This document shows positions 1 through 8,077 of a DNA stretch of 32,000 bases, piece after piece. Under the pieces are notes generated by a model. The model searched no databases, was not told the origin of the DNA, and saw only the letters and a program-made list of their open reading frames with translations. Source of the stretch: Candidatus Micrarchaeum sp. (lineage in GTDB: Archaea > Micrarchaeota > Micrarchaeia > Micrarchaeales > Micrarchaeaceae). The stretch lies in contig NZ_CP060530.1 of the NCBI RefSeq assembly GCF_016806735.1, positions 1 to 32,000 on the forward strand, read 5' to 3'. Numbering within the stretch: position 1 is the stretch's first letter; the number at the start of each line of letters is the position of its first letter. Position numbers and translations under genes: made by a program.

Positions 1-3000
1 ATGCTTTACCTTGAAAAGCTAATTTTACACAACTTCAAGTCTTTCAGGAACACGACGATAAGTTTTAGCGGTGGCTTTAACTGCATAGTCGGGCCAAACG
101 GCTCCGGGAAGTCGAACGTATGCGACTCACTGCTTTTTGCATTCGGCGAAGGATCGCTTAGAAGGATGCGAGTCACTTCTGCTGCACAGCTGGTAAGCGA
201 CTTGGGAACGCCGAGGAAGGAGCTGCCGGGCAAGAAGACTTCAGTCAGCATAGTCTTGAAAGGGGACAGCGAAGTGACGGTTACAAGGATAATAAAGCCA
301 AACGGCAAGATAAGCCACAGGCTAAACGGAAAGCGCATGACAAGGCAGGAGATAAGCGACTATCTCAGGGCCAACAATTGCATGATAAGCGATACAAATA
401 CCATAACGCAGGGAGAAATAGTGAGGCTCCTCAGCCTTAACGCAAAGGAGAAGAGAGGGCTCATCGACATAGCCGCAGGGATAAAGGAATTTGACGACAA
501 AAAGGAAGCATCTGAAAAGGAGCTCGAGAAGGTAGAAGAAAAGATAACAGAAACAAAATCGCTTCTCGGAGAAAGGCTCGGGTTCCTGGAGGAGCTTAAG
601 AAGGAGAAGGAGGCCGCTGAGAAATACTCCGCGATGGCATCCAAGGCCAAGCAGATAAATTACACCATACTTTACAAGAGGAGCGAAGGAATAAAAGCAG
701 AGCTCAAAGGCATAATAGACAGCCTCTCGCAATCGGAGAAGGCAATAAGTGAGATAGGAGCCAAGGTACTTGAACTTGATTCAATAGGCGAAAGGCTTTC
801 AGCAGAAAGGAGCGCCAAGGCTAAGGCACTCAACGAGAGATCTTCAGAGCTCAACGATTCCAACAGGAAGCTGGAGTCCCTGAAAAGGGAAATCGCCGTA
901 GCCGAATCCGAGCTTAGGGCATCAATGCAGTTTTCGGAATCTGCTGCCAAGGAGATAGACGCGCTTAGGGCAGACATGGAAAAGCAGAACTCCAAGCTGG
1001 AACTTAACGGCAAGGAGCTTCCCGGGCTCGATGCCGAGATATCGGAAATAAGGAAAGAATTGGAGAATAGCAGGGGCGCAATTGGATCCGCAGAAGGAAA
1101 AAAGGACGTTGAAGAGTATGAGGAAAAGATTAAGCTTATAGAAAAGATTTCGGCAGAGATGGAATCGGCCAACAGGGAGCACATGCAGGCTGTGACGCGC
1201 ATCTCCGGATTCGAATCGCAAAAGAAGTCAGTTGAAGAAGAGCTTGATAGGATTTCCAAATCCGTTGAACAGCTCAGGGAAAAGGAGCGGGAAATATCGG
1301 CAGCGTCGAACAGGGCCAACAGGGAGCTTTCCGAGGCAAGGGCGGAACTCGAAGGATTCAAGTCGAGAAGGAAGTCCGTAGAGGCAGAACTTGCACAGAT
1401 TTCGGAAAAGAAGATATCGTTAAGGGAAAGCCTGGCTACCTACGGCAGCGACACGAACAGATCGGCCAGAATATTGACGGAGAAGCTCGGAAACGGATTT
1501 TATGGAAGGGCGGCAGAGCTCTGCAAGTACGACGAGAGATATGCTGAGGCGGTAAACGCGGCAGCAGGAGCAAGGCTTAGCTATTTTGTGGTGGACAAGG
1601 TAAGCACTGCAGACAAGGCAGTCAGGATATTGAGGGAAAACAAGCTCGGCAGGGCTTCCTTCATACCTTTGGACATAATCAGCTACACCGACACCAAACC
1701 CATTGGCGAGGGAGACCCACTCATAGACCTCATCGAGTTTGAGAGTAGATTCGCAAACGCTTTCAAGTTCATATTTTCCAATACGTACCTCATAGGTGAC
1801 ATAAAGTCCGTAGCCAAGGGAAGCAGGCACAGATACGTAACCCTTGAGGGAGAGATACTTGAGCAGTCCGGAGTTGTTTCAGGAGGTTTCTCCAGAAGCT
1901 TCAATTATGCAAAGGCGGTGGCAGAGCTCAAATCTGCTGAAGACAGGGAAAAGGAGCTGAAGGACGAGCTCGAAAGCATACAGGGGTTGGAAGAGGAATC
2001 CAGGCAGAAGTTTGGAAAATCTGAAACCATAGTAATGAGCTCTGCAATGGAGCTTGAAAACATAAGAATATCGCTCAAAAATTCCGAGGCTGAGAAAGAG
2101 GATATTGCAAAAAGGATAAGGGATATTGAAAAAAGCCTTGGCACCGATTCCGCGGCAAGCAAAAACGCAGAGAAGCGGCTTGAAGGACTTGAGGCAAGGA
2201 TAGCGCCATTGAAGGATGAAAGCTCTGCCCTCTATTCCAGGATAAGCGGCAGGTTCGCGAACTCTGGAGCAAAAGAAAGCGAAGAGAAGGAAGCCCTTGC
2301 AAAAAAGCTGTCGGAAAGATTCGAGCAGATTACCGCTCAGCGTGCTGCCTTGGTCAAGGAAAACGAGTTGATGGCTTCGAGGGCTTCGGAACTGGAGAAG
2401 AATATAAAAGGCAAGGAAACGGAGCTGGGGAAAAGCAGGGAAAACGAGCACAGGCTGGAAGCAAAGATAAAAGAGCTCGGGAAGGAAGCCGATTCCCTTG
2501 AGGAAACGATAAGGACGCATGACAAGAAGTCAGCCGGTATGTACGAGGAGATAAAAAAGATAGAGGACCAGATGTCGAAAAACGGATTCGAGAAAGGAAA
2601 GCTTTCTAGCGAGAAGGACAGGCTTGAGAGGGAATCTATAGCAATGCAGGCGAACAAAGGGCAGCTGCAGACCAGGCTTTCCGACCTTATGGCAGAACTT
2701 AGCGGTTATGAGAAGCAGGAGCCGCTAGAAGGCGAAATCGGCCAGATGGAAAAGGACCTTTATTTGCTTAAATCAGAATTGGACAAGATGGGAAGCATCA
2801 ACATGCGCGCTCCGGAGATGTACGAGGAGAAGAGCAGGGAAGTAAACGGTGTGCAGGAAAAGATAATGACTTTGGAAAGCGAAAGAAATTCCATACTTTC
2901 CATGATAAGCCAGCTGGAATCCAAGAAGCTTGAGGTTTTCAACGACACGTTCAACATGGTAAACCAGAAATTCAAGAGCATGTACAAGTCGATATTCCCG

Positions 3001-3399
3001 GAAAACGATGGTTCGATAGTCCTGGAGAACCCAAGGGACACGTTCAATTCCGGGCTGGGATTTGAGTTGCGCGAGGGGAAAAGAGCTCTGCACGTAGAAA
3101 GGCTTTCCGGAGGCGAAAAATCCATGCTAATGCTGACGCTGATATTCTCGATACTCATGTGCAGGCCAATGTCATTTTACATATTTGACGAGATAGACAC
3201 TGCCCTTGACAAGCAGAATTCAAAAAAGCTGTCAGCGCTCATAAAGCAGCTAAGCTCGAATTCGCAGTTCATAGTAGTAAGCCATAACGATACGCTTATA
3301 TCGTATGCGGATACCGCAATAGGAGTCGCGAAGAACAAGGGCGAATCAAACGTTTTCGGGGTCAAGATAGTAGCCCCGGAAAGCATTGAGGTAAAGTGA
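1..3399 (+). CDS. smc: SMC chromosome segregation ATPase, full length
   Basis: 1132-aa ORF starting at window position 1. It has an N-terminal Walker A (GPNGSGKSN), long charged coiled-coil arms, a central hinge (GRASFIPLD region), and the C-terminal ABC signature LSGGEKS plus Walker B FYIFDEID. Confidence 0.95.
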   Translation: MLYLEKLILHNFKSFRNTTISFSGGFNCIVGPNGSGKSNVCDSLLFAFGEGSLRRMRVTSAAQLVSDLGTPRKELPGKKTSVSIVLKGDSEVTVTRIIKPNGKISHRLNGKRMTRQEISDYLRANNCMISDTNTITQGEIVRLLSLNAKEKRGLIDIAAGIKEFDDKKEASEKELEKVEEKITETKSLLGERLGFLEELKKEKEAAEKYSAMASKAKQINYTILYKRSEGIKAELKGIIDSLSQSEKAISEIGAKVLELDSIGERLSAERSAKAKALNERSSELNDSNRKLESLKREIAVAESELRASMQFSESAAKEIDALRADMEKQNSKLELNGKELPGLDAEISEIRKELENSRGAIGSAEGKKDVEEYEEKIKLIEKISAEMESANREHMQAVTRISGFESQKKSVEEELDRISKSVEQLREKEREISAASNRANRELSEARAELEGFKSRRKSVEAELAQISEKKISLRESLATYGSDTNRSARILTEKLGNGFYGRAAELCKYDERYAEAVNAAAGARLSYFVVDKVSTADKAVRILRENKLGRASFIPLDIISYTDTKPIGEGDPLIDLIEFESRFANAFKFIFSNTYLIGDIKSVAKGSRHRYVTLEGEILEQSGVVSGGFSRSFNYAKAVAELKSAEDREKELKDELESIQGLEEESRQKFGKSETIVMSSAMELENIRISLKNSEAEKEDIAKRIRDIEKSLGTDSAASKNAEKRLEGLEARIAPLKDESSALYSRISGRFANSGAKESEEKEALAKKLSERFEQITAQRAALVKENELMASRASELEKNIKGKETELGKSRENEHRLEAKIKELGKEADSLEETIRTHDKKSAGMYEEIKKIEDQMSKNGFEKGKLSSEKDRLERESIAMQANKGQLQTRLSDLMAELSGYEKQEPLEGEIGQMEKDLYLLKSELDKMGSINMRAPEMYEEKSREVNGVQEKIMTLESERNSILSMISQLESKKLEVFNDTFNMVNQKFKSMYKSIFPENDGSIVLENPRDTFNSGLGFELREGKRALHVERLSGGEKSMLMLTLIFSILMCRPMSFYIFDEIDTALDKQNSKKLSALIKQLSSNSQFIVVSHNDTLISYADTAIGVAKNKGESNVFGVKIVAPESIEVK

Positions 3400-3403
3400 T
3401 AGA

Positions 3404-4423
3404 TTGGAAAGGAGAAGCAAAAGAACAAAGAAAAAACAGGGCAGTGATACCGCTAAGGACAAAATAACGGTATGGCCCATTTACGTAATGATAATAGTAG
3501 CACTGGTGCTCTACATCCTTCTGGAGAGGATAAGGATCCTTGCGATAACGCTTGGCATAGTCACGTTTTTTTTGATAATTATAGCGATAGTGCTGGAATT
3601 GATAAGCGGCAAGAACGAGGTTGGCTATAAGAAGAGCATCCTGGAGATAGCCGTTGCGATAATAGTGGTTGTCGTCCTGTGGTACGGCCTCAAGTTCTTC
3701 CTTGCTACCAACAACCCGATAGATGTTGTGCCGAGCTGCAGCATGCTTCCCTATCTTCACAGGGGCGACATGATATTTCTCCACGGAGTATCTTCGATAT
3801 CGCAGATAAAGGCGCCGATAATAGATGTGACTTCAAGCCAGATGTCCAGGGTACTTTCCAGCCCTGATTCCGAATCTTTAAGCTGCGTGGCATACATAAC
3901 CAATGCGAGCGGAACCTATATACGGCAAACCCTGGCTCCAGGATACAAAGTTGGCTTAATAGAAGACAGCAACGGAGTCTACAGGCTCGTAAGCAAACAA
4001 GAAGAATCCGGAAATGTAGTGCAGTATACGTGCGGTACGCGAGAGGTGAAACTTTCTACAGGGCAGATACTCAACGAGGCTTATACAACCAGCATAACCG
4101 TCAACAATCGCACAATTGCCGGAGACAGGAACAACAGCATAGTAGTTTACGGCACACGGCCCGGAGACCTCTTTTATGAAGAGGGAGACGCTTATGTGGT
4201 CCACAGGGTTTACGCCATATTGAATGACAGCGGAGACTATTATGTGCTGACTAAGGGCGACAATAATCCTGGGCTCGACATACAGTACGGCAACTATCCC
4301 CCAAACATGTCGCAAGTACAAGGAAAAGTGGTAGGTGTAATCCCATATCTGGGTTACCTGAAGCTCATAATAAGCGGCAATCTTGTTGTGCCACAGGGAT
4401 GCAATTCGACAGTAATACACTGA
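3404..4423 (+). CDS. Membrane-anchored signal peptidase I (archaeal/ER Sec11-type, S26B) with a large insertion
   Basis: TTG start 4 nt after the smc stop, with GAGGT about 11 nt upstream. The protein has a basic N-terminus followed by three hydrophobic spans. S26 boxes are present: SCSMLPYLHRGD (Ser box), VVHRV (His box, Ser-His dyad type) and LTKGDNNPGLD. An extra segment of roughly 100 aa lies between the Ser and His boxes. Confidence 0.7.
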   Translation: MERRSKRTKKKQGSDTAKDKITVWPIYVMIIVALVLYILLERIRILAITLGIVTFFLIIIAIVLELISGKNEVGYKKSILEIAVAIIVVVVLWYGLKFFLATNNPIDVVPSCSMLPYLHRGDMIFLHGVSSISQIKAPIIDVTSSQMSRVLSSPDSESLSCVAYITNASGTYIRQTLAPGYKVGLIEDSNGVYRLVSKQEESGNVVQYTCGTREVKLSTGQILNEAYTTSITVNNRTIAGDRNNSIVVYGTRPGDLFYEEGDAYVVHRVYAILNDSGDYYVLTKGDNNPGLDIQYGNYPPNMSQVQGKVVGVIPYLGYLKLIISGNLVVPQGCNSTVIH

Positions 4424-4435
4424 AGCTTTTTGATG

Positions 4436-4544
4436 TGCAGGGGGTGAGATTTGAACTCACGAAGGCGCTAGGCCACAGGATCTTAAGTCCTGCGCGTTTT
4501 TCTGTGGCTTTACCTTTTGCCAGACCAGACTCTGCCACCCCTGC
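4436..4544 (-). tRNA. tRNA-Leu(UAA), class II, with a 25-nt intron in the D-loop
   Basis: The reverse complement reads GCAGGGG...CCCCTGC-A, giving a perfect 7-bp acceptor stem. The anticodon arm is CAGGA-CTTAAGA-TCCTG (anticodon TAA). There is a long variable arm (GGC-CTAGC-GCC) and a T arm GTGAG-TTCAAAT-CTCAC. The gene is 109 nt, against about 84 nt expected, and the extra 25 nt sit after G18G19U. CCA is not encoded. Confidence 0.85.
4499..4523 (-). other. Predicted non-canonical tRNA intron (D-loop, about position 20/21) in a relaxed bulge-helix-bulge
   Basis: In pre-tRNA numbering, the central 4-bp helix is UCUG(16-19)/CAGA(41-44). It is flanked by the 3-nt bulges GUC(20-22) and AAA(45-47). 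The inner helix is UGGC(23-26)/GCCA(37-40), closing a 10-nt loop. Excision leaves a normal A14 G15 ... G18 G19 D-loop. The exact cut inside the A-run is ambiguous. Confidence 0.65.
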
Positions 4545-4558
4545 AAGATATGTTCTTG

Positions 4559-5347
4559 TCACGCGTACATCGAAGGTCCTGCAGCGTCCGTAGCCTCCTT
4601 ATAGCTTTGGTGCGAGTCCTTGTTTTTCTTTATGACATCGCGTATTTTTGCCTCTATGGCCTTCGCTTCCTTGTCAAGTTCTGTTATGTCTATCTTCAGG
4701 TCCAGGAGCTTGTTTATCGATTTTATGGCTATCTCCGCGTATTTGGGGTCCACGATGCTCTGGTCTACCTGTACCAGCAGATTCGTGTCTCTTATCTTTT
4801 CGGACGTCGCATTTATCATAAGCATCGCGCTTATTCCGGTGGCTACTCCTTCGCTTATTATGTTGATGCCTGCTTTCTTCAAGTCGGACGCCAGGTCCGG
4901 AGTTGATATCACCGCAAATACTTTCTCTGCCTGGGCTTCGTCCTCTTTCTGCTTTTCCTCATCTGTTTCCGAAAGTTCTGAAGATATGCTTTGGCTCGGC
5001 ATGCCGCCTATTGATATTATGTCATTTATCTTGTTTTCCTTTATGAATTCCGATATCTTCTTCGACATTATGTACGTCATTTCAGACGGTATCGCAAACT
5101 CGGCGAATATTGCAACCAGTTTATATTTCGGCGAAAAATAGATTCTGACCGGATGCATAGGGATTGAATTGTGTATTGATACCAGGGGAGGAAAGGCCTG
5201 GCTCTCGAAGTAGCCGTAATACTCCATGTTTAGCTTTTCTATCACATAGCTGAGAGCCATTGGGCCTACGAGCCCGACTCCTGGAAATCCTTCTAGAAGC
5301 GTATATCCGTCAATCTTCTTGTCCGATATGAGTTTTATATCTAGCAT
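4559..5347 (-). CDS. PAC2-family proteasome assembly chaperone (PbaB-like)
   Basis: The N-terminal pattern LLEGFPGVGLVGPMALSYVIEKL is typical of PAC2/COG1938 proteins. The ORF opens with TTG (5350) immediately followed by ATG (5347). The C-terminus ends in M-Y-A, a hydrophobic-Tyr-X motif. Confidence 0.8.
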   Translation of the reverse strand: MLDIKLISDKKIDGYTLLEGFPGVGLVGPMALSYVIEKLNMEYYGYFESQAFPPLVSIHNSIPMHPVRIYFSPKYKLVAIFAEFAIPSEMTYIMSKKISEFIKENKINDIISIGGMPSQSISSELSETDEEKQKEDEAQAEKVFAVISTPDLASDLKKAGINIISEGVATGISAMLMINATSEKIRDTNLLVQVDQSIVDPKYAEIAIKSINKLLDLKIDITELDKEAKAIEAKIRDVIKKNKDSHQSYKEATDAAGPSMYA

Positions 5348-5500
5348 CAAACCACTGCTTAGCTATTTGACGCGCAAGCTTATAATAATTTGGAGAACCT
5401 TTTTGCAGCGGCGAATGCACCGGGAAGGATACATTGAATATGCCGATTTGCGCCGCGATAAAATGCAAAAAGTGTGCGTTTCGGGGTAAAAATGGCATTA

Positions 5501-5519
5501 TACGAGGAGTTTACGAGGA
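5501..5519. promoter_or_regulatory. Tandem direct repeat TACGAGGA-N3-TACGAGGA upstream of a TATA-like box
   Basis: Exact 8-mers at 5501-5508 and 5512-5519, with an 11-bp period. They lie about 20-40 bp upstream of the ATTTAAAT element at 5537-5544. Confidence 0.3.
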
Positions 5520-5536
5520 TAAATTTGCAATAGTTA

Positions 5537-5544
5537 TTTAAATT
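5537..5544 (+). promoter_or_regulatory. TATA-like box for the small basic protein gene
   Basis: ATTTAAAT lies about 30-37 nt upstream of the ATG at 5574. This would place the transcription start downstream of the ATGs at 5550 and 5562. Confidence 0.4.
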
Positions 5545-5573
5545 TAACTATGGAATTACTAATGGTGAATAAA

Positions 5574-5912
5574 ATGCCGCAGAGAGTAAGTAGCGAGAGA
5601 ATAGATAGAGACGATGGATATCTCTATTATCTTGGCAAGGATGGGCACGTATGGAAGACCCCAATGAAAATGAACACAAGGGGAAGAAAGGCCAAGGTAG
5701 GATCTGAAAAGATAGAGAGAGAAGAAGGATTCTTGTATTACATAGACGGAAACGGATATGTAGTCAGAACAAAGATGAACAGAGGCGGAAGGGCACGCGG
5801 ATCTGGAGCAAAGAGAAAGGCAGCGGCAAGGAGACCTGCAAGGAAGGCAATGAAAAGCAAGTCCAGGAGCGCGAAGAGCGCAAGGAGTTCCGCAAAGAAG
5901 AGAAGGAGATAA
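5574..5912 (+). CDS. Small, highly basic protein with two tandem beta-hairpin-like repeats and a K/R/S/A-rich tail (function unknown, candidate nucleic-acid binder)
   Basis: The ORF is open from 5550, but GGTGA at 5564-5568 and the TATA position favour the ATG at 5574 (MPQRV...). There is an internal repeat: ERIDRDDGYLYYLGKDGHVWKTPMKMN versus EKIEREEGFLYYIDGNGYVVRTKMN. The C-terminal ~45 aa are almost entirely K, R, A and S. Confidence 0.65.
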   Translation: MPQRVSSERIDRDDGYLYYLGKDGHVWKTPMKMNTRGRKAKVGSEKIEREEGFLYYIDGNGYVVRTKMNRGGRARGSGAKRKAAARRPARKAMKSKSRSAKSARSSAKKRRR

Positions 5913-6326
5913 TCATCTCCTTTTTTTCGGCTCTTCTATTTTTATTTTGGTAAGCTTAGTTACTGTATTCTTTTTTATGAAACCAGAGCGCAGCTCAACC
6001 ACATACATCGATTCTCGTTCGGGGTAATATGTTTTGCAGAAAACGCTCCTGCATGGCGGCAGCGATTCCATCAGCGTGACTATTCTTTTTGATGAATCTA
6101 GCCAGAGAATATCTATGGGAAACTTCATGCCTTTCATCCATATGCCAAGCATTGAAGGATGCGAGAACGTGAAAAGCATGCACTCGTCTTCGGAAATCTC
6201 ATCCCTGTACATTAGCCCTATTGCTTTTTTTATGAAGGAGTCTGCAATTATGGCCTTGAGCTTGATATCCCCTATTTCTACGATTCCCGAGGAATATTTT
6301 AGCCTTTTCCTTATGAAATTCAGCAT
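5913..6326 (-). CDS. DUF192-family protein (COG1430)
   Basis: The pattern KKAIGLMYR...MLFTF...GIWMKGMKFPIDILWLD...YVVELRSG matches the DUF192 signature as I recall it. The start codon lies 3 nt after the stop of the upstream aldehyde dehydrogenase gene. Confidence 0.7.
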   Translation of the reverse strand: MLNFIRKRLKYSSGIVEIGDIKLKAIIADSFIKKAIGLMYRDEISEDECMLFTFSHPSMLGIWMKGMKFPIDILWLDSSKRIVTLMESLPPCRSVFCKTYYPERESMYVVELRSGFIKKNTVTKLTKIKIEEPKKRR

Positions 6327-6329
6327 CGG

Positions 6330-7970
6330 CTAACCCGTAACGGAAAAGCTCTGCTCGCGCATGAATTGCTCCAGGTAAAATTTGCTTCCTGTGCCCTTTC
6401 CGGTAAGGCTGCTACCCTTCCAACCTACGAAAGTGTGCATCCCCACTATGGCCCCGGTAGTTGCACTTATGGCCCTGTTGACGTAAACAGTACCGGCTTC
6501 TATGCGTTTTTCGAATTCCCTTATCTCGGCCCTGCTCTTGCTGTACATTCCCGCAGTGAGCCCGTATTCCACGTCATTGGCCATGCTTATTGCTTCGCCA
6601 AAATCCTTGAAGCTCTCGACAGTTATGAACGGCAGAAAGAGCTCCTTGTGGACAAGCTCGTGGTCGTGCCTTATTTCCACTATTGCTGGCTCCACATAGA
6701 ATCCGTCCAAGTCGTTGCCTACGCGGGACCCGCCGTAGAGCAACCTGCCTGCTGATTTCGCCTTTTCTACAGACTCCACATAGCGATTGTAGGCGCTTTC
6801 GCTTATCAGAGGCCCTATGTAGTTTTCCTTGGATATTGGATTGCCAACCTTAAGGCCGCGAGCGCGCTCGATAAGCTTGCTCAAGAAGACCTCCTTTATG
6901 GATTCGTGTACGTACACCCTTGAAAGTGCGCTGCACTTCTGCCCTGCAAAACCGAAGGCGGCACTTACCACGCCCTCTACTGCGCTTTCTATTTCGGCAG
7001 TTTTGGATATTATGACAGGGTTCTTGCCCCCCATCTCCACTATGAAGACTTTCTGTGCGTTCTGAGAGTACGCCCTCGCAGCCATGCGCATGCCGGTATC
7101 CCTTGAACCTGTAAAAGCTATGCCTGAAACGTCCCTGCTTATCGCGAGCTCGTCGCCCACCTCAGACCCGGGCCCAGTTATGTAGTTGAAAACACCGTCG
7201 GGCAATCCTGCCTCTTTTAGGATTTCGTATATCTTGAGCCCAGTTAGCATGGACATGTTGTCTGTAGATGACGGCTTGAACACTACGGCATTCCCGGTAA
7301 CCATTGCACCCATGCTCATGCCCATGGATATTGAGACCGGAAAGTTGAAGGGTGCTATGACCCCGAATACCCCATATGGCTTAAGCTTTATGGATATCTT
7401 CTCGAGCTTGTCTGCCGGCGCGCCCTGGAAACCCGCCTTTACCTTTACGCTGCTCTCTGCTATGACGTTTTTGCGTGAATATCCCTTGTTCTTTTCCATT
7501 TCGAGTATGTAATAGTTTATGAAGTCTATGGCTTCGTCTACTTCTCCGACGGACTCATACCTTGATTTGCCGTTTTCGTAGCTCAGTATTGCCGCAAGCT
7601 CAAATTTCCTTTCCCTGAATTTTTCCACTGCCTTTCTGAATATAGCGAGCCTGCTTTTATAGTCCGTTTCGCTCCACGATACGAAAGCTTTCTTCGCCTC
7701 TGCTATTGCCGCCCTTGCATTCTCGCGCGTGCCCTTCTGGAATTTGCCAATAAGTATGCGCCTGTCGATCGGCGAGCGCTCTTCGAGCAGCTCCTGCGCA
7801 GTCACTTGATTCGGGCCTATGTGCATGGGCCATGTTTTGCCGAAAGAAGCCAGTGCATTCTTGGCTGCCTGTTCAAAAAGTGCGTCAAATTTTGATTCCT
7901 CTCCTTTCTCCACCATTTTTCTGTAAGTAAATTCGTTTGAAAATGTGCCCGCTGCCACTCCAATCACCAT
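6330..7970 (-). CDS. Aldehyde dehydrogenase family, probable L-glutamate gamma-semialdehyde (1-pyrroline-5-carboxylate) dehydrogenase
   Basis: 546 aa with ALDH motifs FTGS, the catalytic-Glu box VEMGGKNP and the catalytic-Cys box GQKCSA. The overall layout resembles monofunctional P5CDH, and a monofunctional proline dehydrogenase is present in the same window. Confidence 0.75.
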   Translation of the reverse strand: MVIGVAAGTFSNEFTYRKMVEKGEESKFDALFEQAAKNALASFGKTWPMHIGPNQVTAQELLEERSPIDRRILIGKFQKGTRENARAAIAEAKKAFVSWSETDYKSRLAIFRKAVEKFRERKFELAAILSYENGKSRYESVGEVDEAIDFINYYILEMEKNKGYSRKNVIAESSVKVKAGFQGAPADKLEKISIKLKPYGVFGVIAPFNFPVSISMGMSMGAMVTGNAVVFKPSSTDNMSMLTGLKIYEILKEAGLPDGVFNYITGPGSEVGDELAISRDVSGIAFTGSRDTGMRMAARAYSQNAQKVFIVEMGGKNPVIISKTAEIESAVEGVVSAAFGFAGQKCSALSRVYVHESIKEVFLSKLIERARGLKVGNPISKENYIGPLISESAYNRYVESVEKAKSAGRLLYGGSRVGNDLDGFYVEPAIVEIRHDHELVHKELFLPFITVESFKDFGEAISMANDVEYGLTAGMYSKSRAEIREFEKRIEAGTVYVNRAISATTGAIVGMHTFVGWKGSSLTGKGTGSKFYLEQFMREQSFSVTG

Positions 7971-8061
7971 AAATTATATTTTTATAACAAAAATGTTTAT
8001 ACCTTTATATACGCGCATACCAACAAATGTTGTAGATATCATCGTAAAATTCCGGATAAGC

Positions 8062-8069
8062 TTTAAATA
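8062..8069 (+). promoter_or_regulatory. TATA-like box of the suf operon
   Basis: TTTAAATA sits in the divergent spacer, about 66-73 nt upstream of the sufB ATG. GGTG (8124-8127) serves as the SD for sufB. Confidence 0.35.
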
Positions 8070-8077
8070 TTATCCGC

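Noticed and set aside
672-1361. Long antisense ORFs opposite smc (for example 672-1361, 1879-2520 and 2337-2657, minus strand), with Ser/Leu/Phe-rich low-complexity products
   Set aside because: These are shadow ORFs, produced by the GAR/AAR-rich coiled-coil codons of smc on the plus strand. The smc frame has unambiguous motifs from end to end.
4399-4593. 64-aa plus-strand ORF and 65-aa minus-strand ORF across 4365-4593
   Set aside because: They are fully explained by the tRNA-Leu gene and the PAC2 3' end. Their open frames are accidental.
4517-5141. 129-aa and 173-aa plus-strand ORFs opposite the PAC2 gene
   Set aside because: They are antisense to a well-supported PAC2-family frame and have no motifs of their own.
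5310-5498. 62-aa minus-strand ORF in the long PAC2/basic-protein spacer, plus a 6-bp GC stem (GCGGCG 5408-5413 / CGCCGC 5451-5456)
   Set aside because: The ORF overlaps the PAC2 start and its promoter and has no SD or motif. The stem encloses a 37-nt loop and is too short to distinguish from chance. The spacer remains the longest unexplained non-coding stretch and could be rechecked with RNA-seq.
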